NCBI GenBank assembly: GCA_030833525.1
Contig: JAURGZ010000003.1
Span: forward strand, 4,324-68,323
Reading direction: 5' to 3'
DNA from: Bacteroidota bacterium
GTDB taxonomy: Bacteria; Bacteroidota; Bacteroidia; NS11-12g; UBA955
Length of the DNA stretch: 64,000 nt
Shown: positions 26,171-35,453 of the stretch, in pieces
How positions within the stretch are numbered: position 1 is the first letter of the stretch
Layout of the letters: each line of letters starts with the position of its first letter
Notes under the pieces: model-generated
What the model was told of the DNA's origin: nothing
The model's input: the letters and a program-made list of their open reading frames with translations, nothing else
Databases searched by the model: none
Translations under genes and position numbers: made by a program

Positions 26171-27121
26171 ATGCAGAATAAGGAAACTTGCGTACTTATA
26201 TCCGATTGGGAATTAGGAGCAGGCAAACAGGGAACCAGCAAAGGTCCTGAAGCTGTTATTCGCTTTACCCATAAGCGTGAATCTGATTTTTTTGAACGCC
26301 ACACCGTTCAATACATTCGCCAAACTCAACTCTTTGATTTGGACGAACATGCCATGCCGTTTTTGAAAAATGGCCCGCAGTTGTACGAACACCAAAAACG
26401 CCTGTGCCAGTCGACATACGATTGCATAGAAGCAGACCGAAAAGTATTGCTACTATCAGGTGACCATTCCAATGCCATTGGAGGACTTAGCGGTTTGTGC
26501 AAGGCCAAAAAAGGTAAAAACGTGGGAGTCATCTGGATCGATGCTCACATGGATCTACACAGCCCCTACACCACCCCCAGCGGCAACGTTCACGGTATGT
26601 CCATGAATGCCATTGTAGGCGATGACAACATTGAATTTGCCAGCAATGCCATTGACGAAGAAAGTGCCAATACCTGGCAACTCATCAAGCAACTCAAGCA
26701 TCAAGACGGCGAAAAAAACCGGGTAAAACCTGAACACATAGTCTACATTGGGGTTCGGGATTTTGAACGACAGGAAGAGGCTTTGATTCAAAAGCACGGA
26801 ATACGCTGCTACTACCCCGAAGATTTAGCCGAAAGAGGAATGGCGAATATCTTGGAAGAAACGCTGGCTTATTTGCACGACTGCGATTATTTGTACGTGA
26901 GTTATGACGTAGACAGCATGGATCCTGGCATTTCCATAGGAACGGGCACGCCTGTCGAAAATGGGCTCAGTTTGGAGCAGGGTCAATTGGCCCTAAAAAC
27001 GCTGTGGAATTGCCCCAAAACTCAGGTATTGGAAATCACTGAGGTCAATCCTACTTTGGAAATGGATAACGAAATGGCCAAAGCCGTAGCTTGGCTCATC
27101 GATCGTTCATTCGCTGGTTAA
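26171..27121 (+). CDS. Arginase/ureohydrolase family protein
   Basis: Mn-binding motifs GDHSNAIG, IWIDAHMDLH and SYDVDSMDP. Confidence 0.8.
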   Translation: MQNKETCVLISDWELGAGKQGTSKGPEAVIRFTHKRESDFFERHTVQYIRQTQLFDLDEHAMPFLKNGPQLYEHQKRLCQSTYDCIEADRKVLLLSGDHSNAIGGLSGLCKAKKGKNVGVIWIDAHMDLHSPYTTPSGNVHGMSMNAIVGDDNIEFASNAIDEESANTWQLIKQLKHQDGEKNRVKPEHIVYIGVRDFERQEEALIQKHGIRCYYPEDLAERGMANILEETLAYLHDCDYLYVSYDVDSMDPGISIGTGTPVENGLSLEQGQLALKTLWNCPKTQVLEITEVNPTLEMDNEMAKAVAWLIDRSFAG

Positions 27122-27193
27122 GAGAGATACCCATTTGGGCCGTAACTGTGCGGAATCCATTTTGGGTAAACACAACCCTATTCAGGAATATAT

Positions 27194-28219
27194 TCAGAGG
27201 GCTTTGGGGGCATTTTCTTGCAACCAAGCAACGGTATCTACCCCATCGGCGAAGTCAAATAGACCCGGGCACTGGGCTTGACCAAAGGGAATTGCCATGT
27301 CCAATTCGGGCAACTGGGAAACCACGCATTGCCATTCGTCTTGCAGCTCAATCAATTGTTGGCGCAGGGAGTCAATATCCTTGTAAAATTCGTAATTCAA
27401 CATGCCCACAGGAGCGTGCAGAGCTTCGCGTTCTTTCAACACCAGATAACCGGCGTCAATGTGAGGATCCAAGTTCATCAGCAGCAAGGCTTTGTGGTAA
27501 TGGTAATTGTTGACGTATTTGTGATGCAAAGCCAGTCGATTGTAAACGGGCTCCCATACGGGCAATAGTTTCTCGAATGAATATCCCTGAGGCACATACA
27601 ATTTGGAAACGCTGCGGCATCCCAACCCATAATAGGAAAAGACATCTTGGCCCAAGGCCAGCAATTCGGCGGGGCTCTCGTTTCCAGACAAGACCGCAAT
27701 GCTGCTGCGATTGTGACGAATCAAATGCGGTATGTTTCGAAAAAAGTGGGCAAAATGCTGAGCGGTTTGGTTGTTCCCGGTGGCTATAGCCGCCTGTAAA
27801 TCTTTCAACTGACTAGCCCATTCGATGCGATCGTTCCAAATGGAATCGAATTCAGCGGCTTTTTTCAGCCAAAATTGGGGAAGCTCTTCATCATCGCTCG
27901 AACGCTTCGCTATCACACGGTAACCGCTGAGAACGCCACAGATCAGATCGTGCATGCCTACCAAGGGCAAATTGCCGGCCATGATCACACCCAATCGCCC
28001 CTCATGAAGTTCAGACGAAGGGTATCGCTGCGCCCAAGCTTCTGCCATATTGAGGCCGGTGCTTGCCCTCCATTGGCTTAAACTCTGCGCTATGGAATCA
28101 GCATCAAACCAGCGATTTTTCGATTCGGCCAAAGACATGCAAGCTTGCCACTCGGGATCCTGTTCAAAGCCCACTAAGGCCTGGTGCAAAGCCATCATCG
28201 CTGATTTGACATCCATCAT
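27194..28219 (-). CDS. Acyl-CoA reductase (LuxC-like) family protein
   Basis: The size (341 aa) and overall pattern resemble the LuxC-like acyl-CoA reductases annotated in Flavobacteriia. I could not verify a sharp motif. Confidence 0.45.
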   Translation of the reverse strand: MMDVKSAMMALHQALVGFEQDPEWQACMSLAESKNRWFDADSIAQSLSQWRASTGLNMAEAWAQRYPSSELHEGRLGVIMAGNLPLVGMHDLICGVLSGYRVIAKRSSDDEELPQFWLKKAAEFDSIWNDRIEWASQLKDLQAAIATGNNQTAQHFAHFFRNIPHLIRHNRSSIAVLSGNESPAELLALGQDVFSYYGLGCRSVSKLYVPQGYSFEKLLPVWEPVYNRLALHHKYVNNYHYHKALLLMNLDPHIDAGYLVLKEREALHAPVGMLNYEFYKDIDSLRQQLIELQDEWQCVVSQLPELDMAIPFGQAQCPGLFDFADGVDTVAWLQENAPKAL

Positions 28220-28223
28220 GCTG

Positions 28224-28231
28224 CAAATCTA
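28224..28231 (-). promoter_or_regulatory. -7 box (TAGATTTG), 4 nt upstream of the 28219 ATG
   Basis: The reverse strand reads TAGATTTG-cagc-ATGATG. Confidence 0.4.
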
Positions 28232-28245
28232 GCCTGCTTGGCCAT

Positions 28246-28253
28246 TACATTTG
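28246..28253 (+). promoter_or_regulatory. -7 box (TACATTTG), 4 nt upstream of the 28258 ATG
   Basis: TACATTTG-cggt-ATG. Confidence 0.4.
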
Positions 28254-28257
28254 CGGT

Positions 28258-28980
28258 ATGGCCCTAAGAAAGCTCCTGTTTGGCATCGCATGCCTCGGTT
28301 TTAGTTCCCTTGCTCAAGCGCAGAGTTTTAGCCGCTGGCACCTCGGTCCCGAAGCTGGACTGACGGTTTCACGCACCTACAGCGGAGACACCCTACCCGC
28401 AGCTTACAGCAGTCGAAACAAAACGGGGGCTTATTTCCAACTCAACACACAGTACAACCTCAGCCCAGCGGCGAGCGTTCAATTGGGAATTGGCTTGGTC
28501 AACAAAGGCTACAAAATCAACAACGACACCTTGAATCTCAATAGCGCGAGCTTGAGCCGAACCAGTGGGAGCTTGAACATCCCCATTGGATTGAGTTTGA
28601 GACAGTCGCTGAGCGGCAGTTCATTTCTAACCGAGAAATTTGGGGTTTCGGGTAATTTTCGCTTCAATACCAGCTCAGAAACTACCCTCAATGATCCCCG
28701 CGATACAGTGTTTCGAATTGCCGAGACGCCGGCCAAAGGGTTCATTCCCGCTTTTTACCTGGGTTTTGCCTTGGGCGGCACAGGGGAAAATGGCAACCGC
28801 TATGAATTTGGTGTGTTGTACCAACAAACCCTGAAGCAAGAGTCCAGTTTGAAAGTTGAATCTGGGGAGTTTTGGAGCCAGTCGTTTCCCCTGCAGTACC
28901 GCGGTGGTTTCGTGCAATTTCGCTTCACTTACTTGTTTGACTTGGAGAACTTCAAACGTTCAGACGAGTACTTTTATTGA
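28258..28980 (+). CDS. Outer-membrane beta-barrel protein (hypothetical)
   Basis: Signal peptide MALRKLLFGIACLGFSSLAQAQ and a beta-strand-rich sequence. Confidence 0.5.
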   Translation: MALRKLLFGIACLGFSSLAQAQSFSRWHLGPEAGLTVSRTYSGDTLPAAYSSRNKTGAYFQLNTQYNLSPAASVQLGIGLVNKGYKINNDTLNLNSASLSRTSGSLNIPIGLSLRQSLSGSSFLTEKFGVSGNFRFNTSSETTLNDPRDTVFRIAETPAKGFIPAFYLGFALGGTGENGNRYEFGVLYQQTLKQESSLKVESGEFWSQSFPLQYRGGFVQFRFTYLFDLENFKRSDEYFY

Positions 28981-28996
28981 TTCTCATACAAATGGC

Positions 28997-29027
28997 TTTG
29001 TTAGATTAATCTAACTTATTAGATTTG
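28997..29027 (+). promoter_or_regulatory. Complete Bacteroidota-type promoter for the ZIP gene: TTTG, 19 nt, TAGATTTG
   Basis: TTTG at 28997-29000, a 19-nt spacer, and TAGATTTG at 29020-29027. The ATG is 10 nt downstream. Confidence 0.45.
29001..29014. promoter_or_regulatory. 14-bp perfect palindrome TTAGATTAATCTAA in the ZIP promoter spacer; candidate metal-regulator operator
   Basis: Self-complementary. A third TTAGAT half-site at 29019-29024 overlaps the -7 box. Confidence 0.35.
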
Positions 29028-29037
29028 TCTATCTACT

Positions 29038-29865
29038 ATGGAAGCCATTGAATCCTTTTTCAGAGGCCTTTCCCCGCTCATGCAGGGATTTACGGCCGCT
29101 ACATTCACCTGGCTTGTTACCGCCTTGGGCGCAGCCATGGTCTTTGTCATACCCTCGGTCAAGCGTGCGTTCATGGATACCCTCTTGGGATTCACGGGTG
29201 GGGTCATGCTGGCTGCCAGTTTTTGGTCTTTGCTAAACCCCGCGATTCAAATGGCTGAAAATGATTGGCCTTCTCATTATGCTTGGGTGCCTGTAGGCAT
29301 TGGCTTCATGGCTGGCGCTTTGTTCATTTTTGCCTTGGACCAATGGTTGCCTCACTTGCACCTGAATGAACCCATGGAGAAAAGCGAAGGGGTTCAAACC
29401 AATTGGAGTCGCACCGTGCTGCTGGTTTTGGCCATCACCTTGCACAACATTCCCGAGGGCTTGGCCGTGGGTGTTGCTTTTGGAGCGGTTGCCGAAGGAT
29501 TGCCGGGCGCCGACCTAGGCGCAGCCATAGCCTTGGCTATAGGCATTGGCATTCAAGATTTCCCCGAAGGTTTAGCCGTTTCACTTCCCTTGCGTCGGTT
29601 TGGCTTGTCAAAAGCAAAATCTTTTCTCTGGGGCCAACTCAGCGGTGCGGTTGAACCATTGGCTGCATTGCTCGGTGTCGGATTGGTGATGATTGCTGTA
29701 CCTATACTCCCCTATGCCTTGGCATTTGCCGCCGGGGCCATGATTTACGTGGTGGTAGAGGAGGTCATTCCCGAGTCTCAAAAAGACGGACATACCGATA
29801 AAGCTACCTTGGGGTTGATGGTAGGCTTTTTAATCATGATGGCCTTGGATGTGGGGCTGGGTTAA
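29038..29865 (+). CDS. ZIP family divalent-metal transporter (ZupT-like)
   Basis: HNIPEGLAVGVAFG and QDFPEGLAV motifs. About 8 TM helices. Confidence 0.85.
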   Translation: MEAIESFFRGLSPLMQGFTAATFTWLVTALGAAMVFVIPSVKRAFMDTLLGFTGGVMLAASFWSLLNPAIQMAENDWPSHYAWVPVGIGFMAGALFIFALDQWLPHLHLNEPMEKSEGVQTNWSRTVLLVLAITLHNIPEGLAVGVAFGAVAEGLPGADLGAAIALAIGIGIQDFPEGLAVSLPLRRFGLSKAKSFLWGQLSGAVEPLAALLGVGLVMIAVPILPYALAFAAGAMIYVVVEEVIPESQKDGHTDKATLGLMVGFLIMMALDVGLG

Positions 29866-30443
29866 TGCACCCGATCGCCGCGAAGCTCCATGGATAGCAT
29901 CAATTCAGCTTCGTAAGCCAACCATTCTTCCCAACGAGACTTCACCCGCTCAGCCGGGAAATAGGTACGTGCCAACTCCAAGAACAAGGTATAATGTCCC
30001 GCCTCTGAAACCATGAATTCATGGTAGAATTGACGCAGAGATTCATCGCTGCAATGCAAGCTAAGCAGTCGAAATCTCTCACAACTGCGGGCTTCGATCA
30101 AAGCGCATATCAGCAAATTTTCGAGCAGGTGGTCGTCTTTGCTACCCCCTTTTTTAATGAATTGCTGCAAGCCCATGACGTATTCGTCTTTTCGCTGCTT
30201 ACCCAATTCAAAACCTCGCTTTTTGAGCTCCTTCAATACGCGGCGAAAATGGCCCCATTCTTCAGCCACAATGGGACTCACCTTATCGACCAGTTCGACC
30301 CTCTCTGAAAAACGAACAATCATTGAAATGCATTGAGTCGCAGCCTTTTGCTCACAAAAGGCGTGGTCAGTCAGAATGTCCTCGATGCTTTTCTCGGCGA
30401 TATTCGCCCAGCGGGGATCGGTTGGCAACTTCAGCCCCAGCAT
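29862..30443 (-). CDS. miaE: tRNA-(ms2io6A)-hydroxylase MiaE-like di-iron protein
   Basis: MLGLKLPTDPRWANIAEKSIEDILTDHAFCEQKAA and EEWGHF/ EAGH ferritin-like motifs, as recalled for the MiaE family. Confidence 0.75.
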   Translation of the reverse strand: MLGLKLPTDPRWANIAEKSIEDILTDHAFCEQKAATQCISMIVRFSERVELVDKVSPIVAEEWGHFRRVLKELKKRGFELGKQRKDEYVMGLQQFIKKGGSKDDHLLENLLICALIEARSCERFRLLSLHCSDESLRQFYHEFMVSEAGHYTLFLELARTYFPAERVKSRWEEWLAYEAELMLSMELRGDRVH

Positions 30444-30446
30444 GGC

Positions 30447-30887
30447 TTAGCAAGTTTCTATTTTGCTTACCCTGTTCTGATGGCGACCGCCTTCAAATTC
30501 AGCTTCTAAGTAAGCCATAACGATGGCCAACGCCTTTTCTTGGGACACAAAACGAGCTGGCAAACACAATACATTGGCATTGTTGTGCTGACGGGCCAAG
30601 GACCCCAATTCAGGTTCCCAGCACAAAGCAGCGCGAACGCCGCTGTGTTTGTTGGCCGTGATGCAAACGCCATTGCCAGAACCACAAACCAAAATACCCA
30701 GGTCGCTTTGCCCCGATTGAACTGCATCGGCTACCGCATGGGCAAAATCGGGATAGTCGCAACTTTCGCTGCTGTCTGGTCCCATGTCTTGCAATTCGTA
30801 ACCTTTTTCCAATAGGCTGACGATGATTTCATTTTTCAATTCGAATCCGGCGTGATCCGAACCCAAGGCTATGTTCGATTTTTTCAT
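30447..30887 (-). CDS. rpiB: Ribose-5-phosphate isomerase B
   Basis: IALGSDHAGFELK and LVCGSGNGVCITANK. Confidence 0.9.
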   Translation of the reverse strand: MKKSNIALGSDHAGFELKNEIIVSLLEKGYELQDMGPDSSESCDYPDFAHAVADAVQSGQSDLGILVCGSGNGVCITANKHSGVRAALCWEPELGSLARQHNNANVLCLPARFVSQEKALAIVMAYLEAEFEGGRHQNRVSKIETC

Positions 30888-31714
30888 GATTCTCTATTTT
30901 TCTCTACCCGTTTGGCCACTTGAATACCCACTACATAAAGGCCTAACAAGGGCAGGCCCAATAGCAGCTGGGAGAACATATCGGGAGAAGGCGTTGCGAT
31001 GCCCGCGATGACGAAAACCACCACGGCGGCATATCGCCAGTATTTGATTAAAAACTCGGAGCTCACCATGCCAATTCTGGCCAGCACGTAAATCAACACG
31101 GGCAGTTCAAAGACCAATCCCGTTGCCAAACTCATGAAGGAAACAAAACCCGTAACACTGCTGATGGTGATGATGTTTTGAATTTGATCATTCAAGGTGT
31201 AACCCAACAAAAAATTAGTGGCCAAAGGCACCAATAAGAAGTAGGAAAAGAAAACACCCGCAAAAAAGAGCAAACTCACCACAAAGAGCGATCGGCGAGT
31301 TTTGTTGATCTCTTTTTGACTCAGCGCGGGCTTGACAAACAACCAAAGTTGCTGAACCACCACGGGAAACGCAGCTACAAACCCGAGGGTAAAAGACATT
31401 TTAAAAGCCGAAATAAACTGCCCCTGAATCTGTTGAGACTGCATCACCAAGGCGGGAGGAGTCCAACAAAGGGCATCAGACCCCAAAAAAAAGTGACCGG
31501 CTTTGCAAAAGAACTCGTAACCCCAGAATCCTGGAGTAAAGGGACCCAATACAACTACCTCAAAGATGTCCTCAATGAAAATGAAAGCAGCAATAGAACC
31601 TATCAAAACCGCTGCCGCCATGCGCACCAATCGTTTGCGCAATTCATCGACATGATCGAAAAAACCCATGGTCTTTTCGTGCGGAAACAATTCTTCGGGC
31701 TGATCGAGCGGCAT
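30884..31714 (-). CDS. tatC: Twin-arginine translocase subunit TatC
   Basis: MGFFDHVDELRKRL and six TM helices. ATGA overlap with rpiB. Confidence 0.9.
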   Translation of the reverse strand: MPLDQPEELFPHEKTMGFFDHVDELRKRLVRMAAAVLIGSIAAFIFIEDIFEVVVLGPFTPGFWGYEFFCKAGHFFLGSDALCWTPPALVMQSQQIQGQFISAFKMSFTLGFVAAFPVVVQQLWLFVKPALSQKEINKTRRSLFVVSLLFFAGVFFSYFLLVPLATNFLLGYTLNDQIQNIITISSVTGFVSFMSLATGLVFELPVLIYVLARIGMVSSEFLIKYWRYAAVVVFVIAGIATPSPDMFSQLLLGLPLLGLYVVGIQVAKRVEKNRES

Positions 31715-31721
31715 AGGTAGC

Positions 31722-32465
31722 TTACATCAACATTCCACCGCAGACCGACAAGGTCTGGCCAGTGATGTAGGTACTCAAATCTGAAGCCAAGAACAAGCAA
31801 GCGTTAGCCACATCGGTGGTTTCGCCCGCGCGCTTCAAAGGAATGGTATCGGCCCAACCCTTTTTCACCGCCTCATCGAGTTCAGCGGTCATCTCGGTCT
31901 CAATGAAACCCGGGGCTACCGCGTTGCAGCGAATGCCGCGAGAGCCAACCTCTTTGGCGACTGACTTGGTGAAACCAATCATACCCGCTTTGGAAGCCGA
32001 GTAGTTGGCTTGACCGGCATTTCCCATAACCCCTACAACCGAAGTCATGTTGATGATGGAACCGGCGCGGTTACCCAAAAAGTGGCGCAAAAAGGCTTTG
32101 GTCAAATTGAAGGCACTTTTGAGATTGGTATTGATCACTTCATCCCACTGTTCTTCGTTCATGCGCATCAACAACGTGTCGCGGGTTATTCCCGCATTGT
32201 TGATCAGAATATCAACCTTGCCAAAATCGGCTAACACCTCTTGAGCCAAGGCTTCGCTTTGAGCAAAATCAGCGGCATTGCTCTGATACCCCTTGGCTTT
32301 GATGCCATATTGATTGGTCAATTCAGCTTCAAATGCTCGTGCTTTTTCTACCGAAGAGGCGAAGGTGAAGGCCACGTTGCAGCCATTTTGGGCGAACAAT
32401 TCAGCAATTCCTTTGCCGATTCCTCGAGATGCTCCCGTAATCAGAGCCGTTTTTCCACTAAGCAT
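31722..32465 (-). CDS. fabG: 3-oxoacyl-[acyl-carrier-protein] reductase
   Basis: From MLSGKTALITGASRGIGKGIA: NNAGIT, YSASKAG and GQTLSVCGGM. Confidence 0.85.
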   Translation of the reverse strand: MLSGKTALITGASRGIGKGIAELFAQNGCNVAFTFASSVEKARAFEAELTNQYGIKAKGYQSNAADFAQSEALAQEVLADFGKVDILINNAGITRDTLLMRMNEEQWDEVINTNLKSAFNLTKAFLRHFLGNRAGSIINMTSVVGVMGNAGQANYSASKAGMIGFTKSVAKEVGSRGIRCNAVAPGFIETEMTAELDEAVKKGWADTIPLKRAGETTDVANACLFLASDLSTYITGQTLSVCGGMLM

Positions 32466-32514
32466 GGGGCGAAATAAGAACCTGAAATCCAAAGTTCAAA
32501 CTACCGGCATTGCC

Positions 32515-32522
32515 TATTTTCG
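32515..32522 (+). promoter_or_regulatory. Near-consensus -7 box (TATTTTCG), 6 nt upstream of the recG ATG
   Basis: TAnnTTCG variant. Confidence 0.3.
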
Positions 32523-32528
32523 CACAGA

Positions 32529-34634
32529 ATGGCTTCTTTTCTCGACATGGGTATCGAATTTCTCAAAGGCGTGGGCCCTCAAAAAGCCGAGGCACTGCGA
32601 TTGGAATTGAACATACACAACCTGGGAGACCTCATCAGCCATTACCCCTTTCGCCACGAAGATCGCAGCCGAATCTATACCGTTTCAGAACTGAGCAGCG
32701 AACAGGTGCAAGTTCAATTGCAAGGACACGTATTTCTCAAAGGAGTCATAGGACAAGGGCAAGGGCGGCGCTTGACCGCTTTGTTTAGAGACGAAACTGG
32801 GGAGATCGAATTGGTCTGGTTCAAAGGGATTGCATTCTTGGAAAAATCGATCAAAAACGGGGCACTTTATCGCGTCAATGGACGAATGAGCCTATTCAAG
32901 GGCAAGGCCAACATGGCACACCCAGAGTTGGATTGGGTTGACCCTAATGCAGCCAGCCAGAAGGTTCAACGTTCACTGGTACCCGTATATCCGCTGACAG
33001 ATGGAATGCGCCGCCGGCGTTTGGACAATCGTTTCATGGCTCAATTGACCTTAACCGCGGTCAGCCACCCGGATTTCGCCGTACCCGAAAATCTCCCTAC
33101 AGCCATACTCGAGAAATTCAAACTACCCAGCCGCACCGAGGCCCTACGCGAATTGCATGCGCCTCAACACATCGACCGATTGGAAAAGGCCAAAAACAGA
33201 CTCAAGTTCGAAGAGCTGTTTTACCTTCAAATGCGCCATTTAATGGTCAAAGGCAACCGGCAGCGCAGCTTTCCAGGCATTCGATTCGACCGCGTAGGCG
33301 ACCTTTTCAACACCTTTTACCAGAAGCACCTTCCCTTTGCCTTAACCGGCGCCCAGAAGCGGGTAATGAAAGAAATTCGGGTAGACATGAACAGCGGCAA
33401 ACAAATGAACCGCCTGCTTCAAGGAGATGTAGGGTCAGGCAAAACCATGGTTGCTCTTTTGACAGCCTTGATTGCCATGGATAACCAATACCAGGTGGCT
33501 TTGATGGCCCCCACCGAGATCTTGGCTACTCAGCATTTTCAAAGCCTTCAAGAAGCGCTGGGATTGATGCCCGTTCGTTTGCACTTGCTTACGGGAAGCA
33601 GCAGCAAGAAACAACGCGAAACCATACTCAGCGAAGCCGCTGACGGGCGCTTGCAGCTTTTGATTGGAACCCACGCCTTGTTGGAAGACCAGGTACAATT
33701 CCAGAATCTGGGTTTGGTCATTGTCGATGAACAACACCGATTTGGCGTAGCCCAACGTGCCAAACTTTGGAAAAAAGGGCAGCAAACTCCCCACGTGTTG
33801 GTCATGACGGCCACGCCCATACCCCGAACCTTGGCCATGACCCTTTATGGGGATTTGGATGTCAGTGTCATCGATGAATTGCCCCAAGGCAGAAAGCCCA
33901 TTCAAACCGCCTTGAGAAGCATAGGAAATCGAGCCATTGTGATGGATTTTCTCAAAAAAGAAATTGCCCTGGGCCGTCAAGTCTATTATGTATTCCCCCT
34001 GATAGAAGACAGCGATAAATTGGAGTTGCAAAGCTTGATGAGCGGCTATGAAACCGTGACCCAATACCTGCCCACCCCCCAGTACAAATACAGCCTGGTA
34101 CACGGACGCATGAAGCCCGAAGAAAAGGAGTCAGAAATGCAAAAGTTCAAGAAAGGCCAAAGCGACATCATGGTAGCCACTACCGTCATTGAAGTGGGGG
34201 TAAACGTACCCAACGCCTCGGTCATGGTCATTGAAAACGCTGAGCGATTCGGATTGTCTCAGTTGCATCAGTTGCGCGGTCGCGTAGGTCGCGGGGCCGA
34301 ACAGAGCTATTGCATTTTGCTTTCGGGGCACAAATTGTCTGAAAACGGACGTCGACGTCTGGAAACCATGGTGGCGACCAACGACGGATTTGAAATTGCC
34401 AAAGTAGACTTGGAGCTGAGAGGTCCAGGGGAAATTGACGGCACGCGGCAAAGCGGCATTTTGGACCTCAAACTGGCTGATATTCGAGCCGATGAAGCCA
34501 TTTTGATTGCCGCCCGAACAGAAGCGCAAGCTTGGCTGGCGCAAGATGAACTGCTTATGCTCCCCAGCAGTGCTCCCATTCGCCTAGAATTGGCCCGCAG
34601 TCCCCATCGCACCTTGTGGAGCAAGATTTCCTAA
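32529..34634 (+). CDS. recG: ATP-dependent DNA helicase RecG
   Basis: Wedge/OB N-terminal region, FALTGAQKRV, LLQGDVGSGKT, DEQHRFGV, MTATPIPRT and QLRGRVGRG. Confidence 0.95.
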   Translation: MASFLDMGIEFLKGVGPQKAEALRLELNIHNLGDLISHYPFRHEDRSRIYTVSELSSEQVQVQLQGHVFLKGVIGQGQGRRLTALFRDETGEIELVWFKGIAFLEKSIKNGALYRVNGRMSLFKGKANMAHPELDWVDPNAASQKVQRSLVPVYPLTDGMRRRRLDNRFMAQLTLTAVSHPDFAVPENLPTAILEKFKLPSRTEALRELHAPQHIDRLEKAKNRLKFEELFYLQMRHLMVKGNRQRSFPGIRFDRVGDLFNTFYQKHLPFALTGAQKRVMKEIRVDMNSGKQMNRLLQGDVGSGKTMVALLTALIAMDNQYQVALMAPTEILATQHFQSLQEALGLMPVRLHLLTGSSSKKQRETILSEAADGRLQLLIGTHALLEDQVQFQNLGLVIVDEQHRFGVAQRAKLWKKGQQTPHVLVMTATPIPRTLAMTLYGDLDVSVIDELPQGRKPIQTALRSIGNRAIVMDFLKKEIALGRQVYYVFPLIEDSDKLELQSLMSGYETVTQYLPTPQYKYSLVHGRMKPEEKESEMQKFKKGQSDIMVATTVIEVGVNVPNASVMVIENAERFGLSQLHQLRGRVGRGAEQSYCILLSGHKLSENGRRRLETMVATNDGFEIAKVDLELRGPGEIDGTRQSGILDLKLADIRADEAILIAARTEAQAWLAQDELLMLPSSAPIRLELARSPHRTLWSKIS

Positions 34635-34682
34635 AGAATTACTAGGAGGCATTGGCTGAGTAAGCGTAAATTCACGGCAGCA

Positions 34683-35453
34683 ATGGGCTCTCGTGCAAAA
34701 TTGTTTTCAGAAGTAGGGAGATTCGTGTTGTTTATGCAGCGCGTTCTTCGCAAACCGACGCGCGGTCGCATGTTCTGGCGCTCCCTGATGTACGAAATGA
34801 ATCTGATTGGAGTCGATTCTTTGGTCATCGTCATTCTCATTTCCTTGTTTACGGGAGCGGTTTCTACCATTCAAACCGCTGTTCAGTTGACGGCCGAAGG
34901 AGGCATTTTACCCCCTGATATATTCCCCATGGAAGTCGTGGGATCAGTGGTGGGAAACGGCTCATTGCTGGAGTTCGCCCCTACCATTACCTGCTTGGTA
35001 TTGGCGGGAAAAGTAGGTGCCAACATTGCATCTGAAATCGGCAACATGAAGGTAACGGAGCAAATTGATGCCTATGAAGTCATGGGCATCAATGCCGCAA
35101 ACTTCGTGAGCTTGCCCAAAATTCTGGCGGGATTAATCATGATACCCTGCTTGATCGTGCTGGCCAACTTCTTGCTTCTCTATGGCGGAGTCATCGCCTG
35201 CAAAGCCACGGGAATGCTCACCGTCGATGAATTCGTCACGGGAATACGTTCCAGTTTCACCCCTTTGTATTTGCGATTGATGCTCATCAAGAGCTTCGTA
35301 TTTGCTTTTATCATCACAGCCTTGGCTTCCTTTGAAGGGTATTACACCGAAGGGGGCGCCTTGGAGGTGGGTGAAGCCGGCACGCGCGCCGTCACCCGCA
35401 TTTGCGTCTTCATTTTGTTTTTTGACCTCATCATAGCCCAGCTCTTCTTGTAA
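34683..35453 (+). CDS. MlaE-family ABC transporter permease
   Basis: 256 aa, 5-6 TM helices, MlaE-like pattern (IGVDSL.IV...LFTGAV...Q). Confidence 0.8.
   Translation: MGSRAKLFSEVGRFVLFMQRVLRKPTRGRMFWRSLMYEMNLIGVDSLVIVILISLFTGAVSTIQTAVQLTAEGGILPPDIFPMEVVGSVVGNGSLLEFAPTITCLVLAGKVGANIASEIGNMKVTEQIDAYEVMGINAANFVSLPKILAGLIMIPCLIVLANFLLLYGGVIACKATGMLTVDEFVTGIRSSFTPLYLRLMLIKSFVFAFIITALASFEGYYTEGGALEVGEAGTRAVTRICVFILFFDLIIAQLFL

Noticed and set aside
33435-34103. 222-aa reverse ORF antisense to recG. Similar long antisense ORFs occur at 2123-2686, 8414-8980, 16975-17553, 41174-41602, 44251-45081, 59721-60239 and 60442-61140.
   Set aside because: All lie opposite strongly supported conserved genes, have no recognisable motifs and have low-complexity shadow-frame composition.
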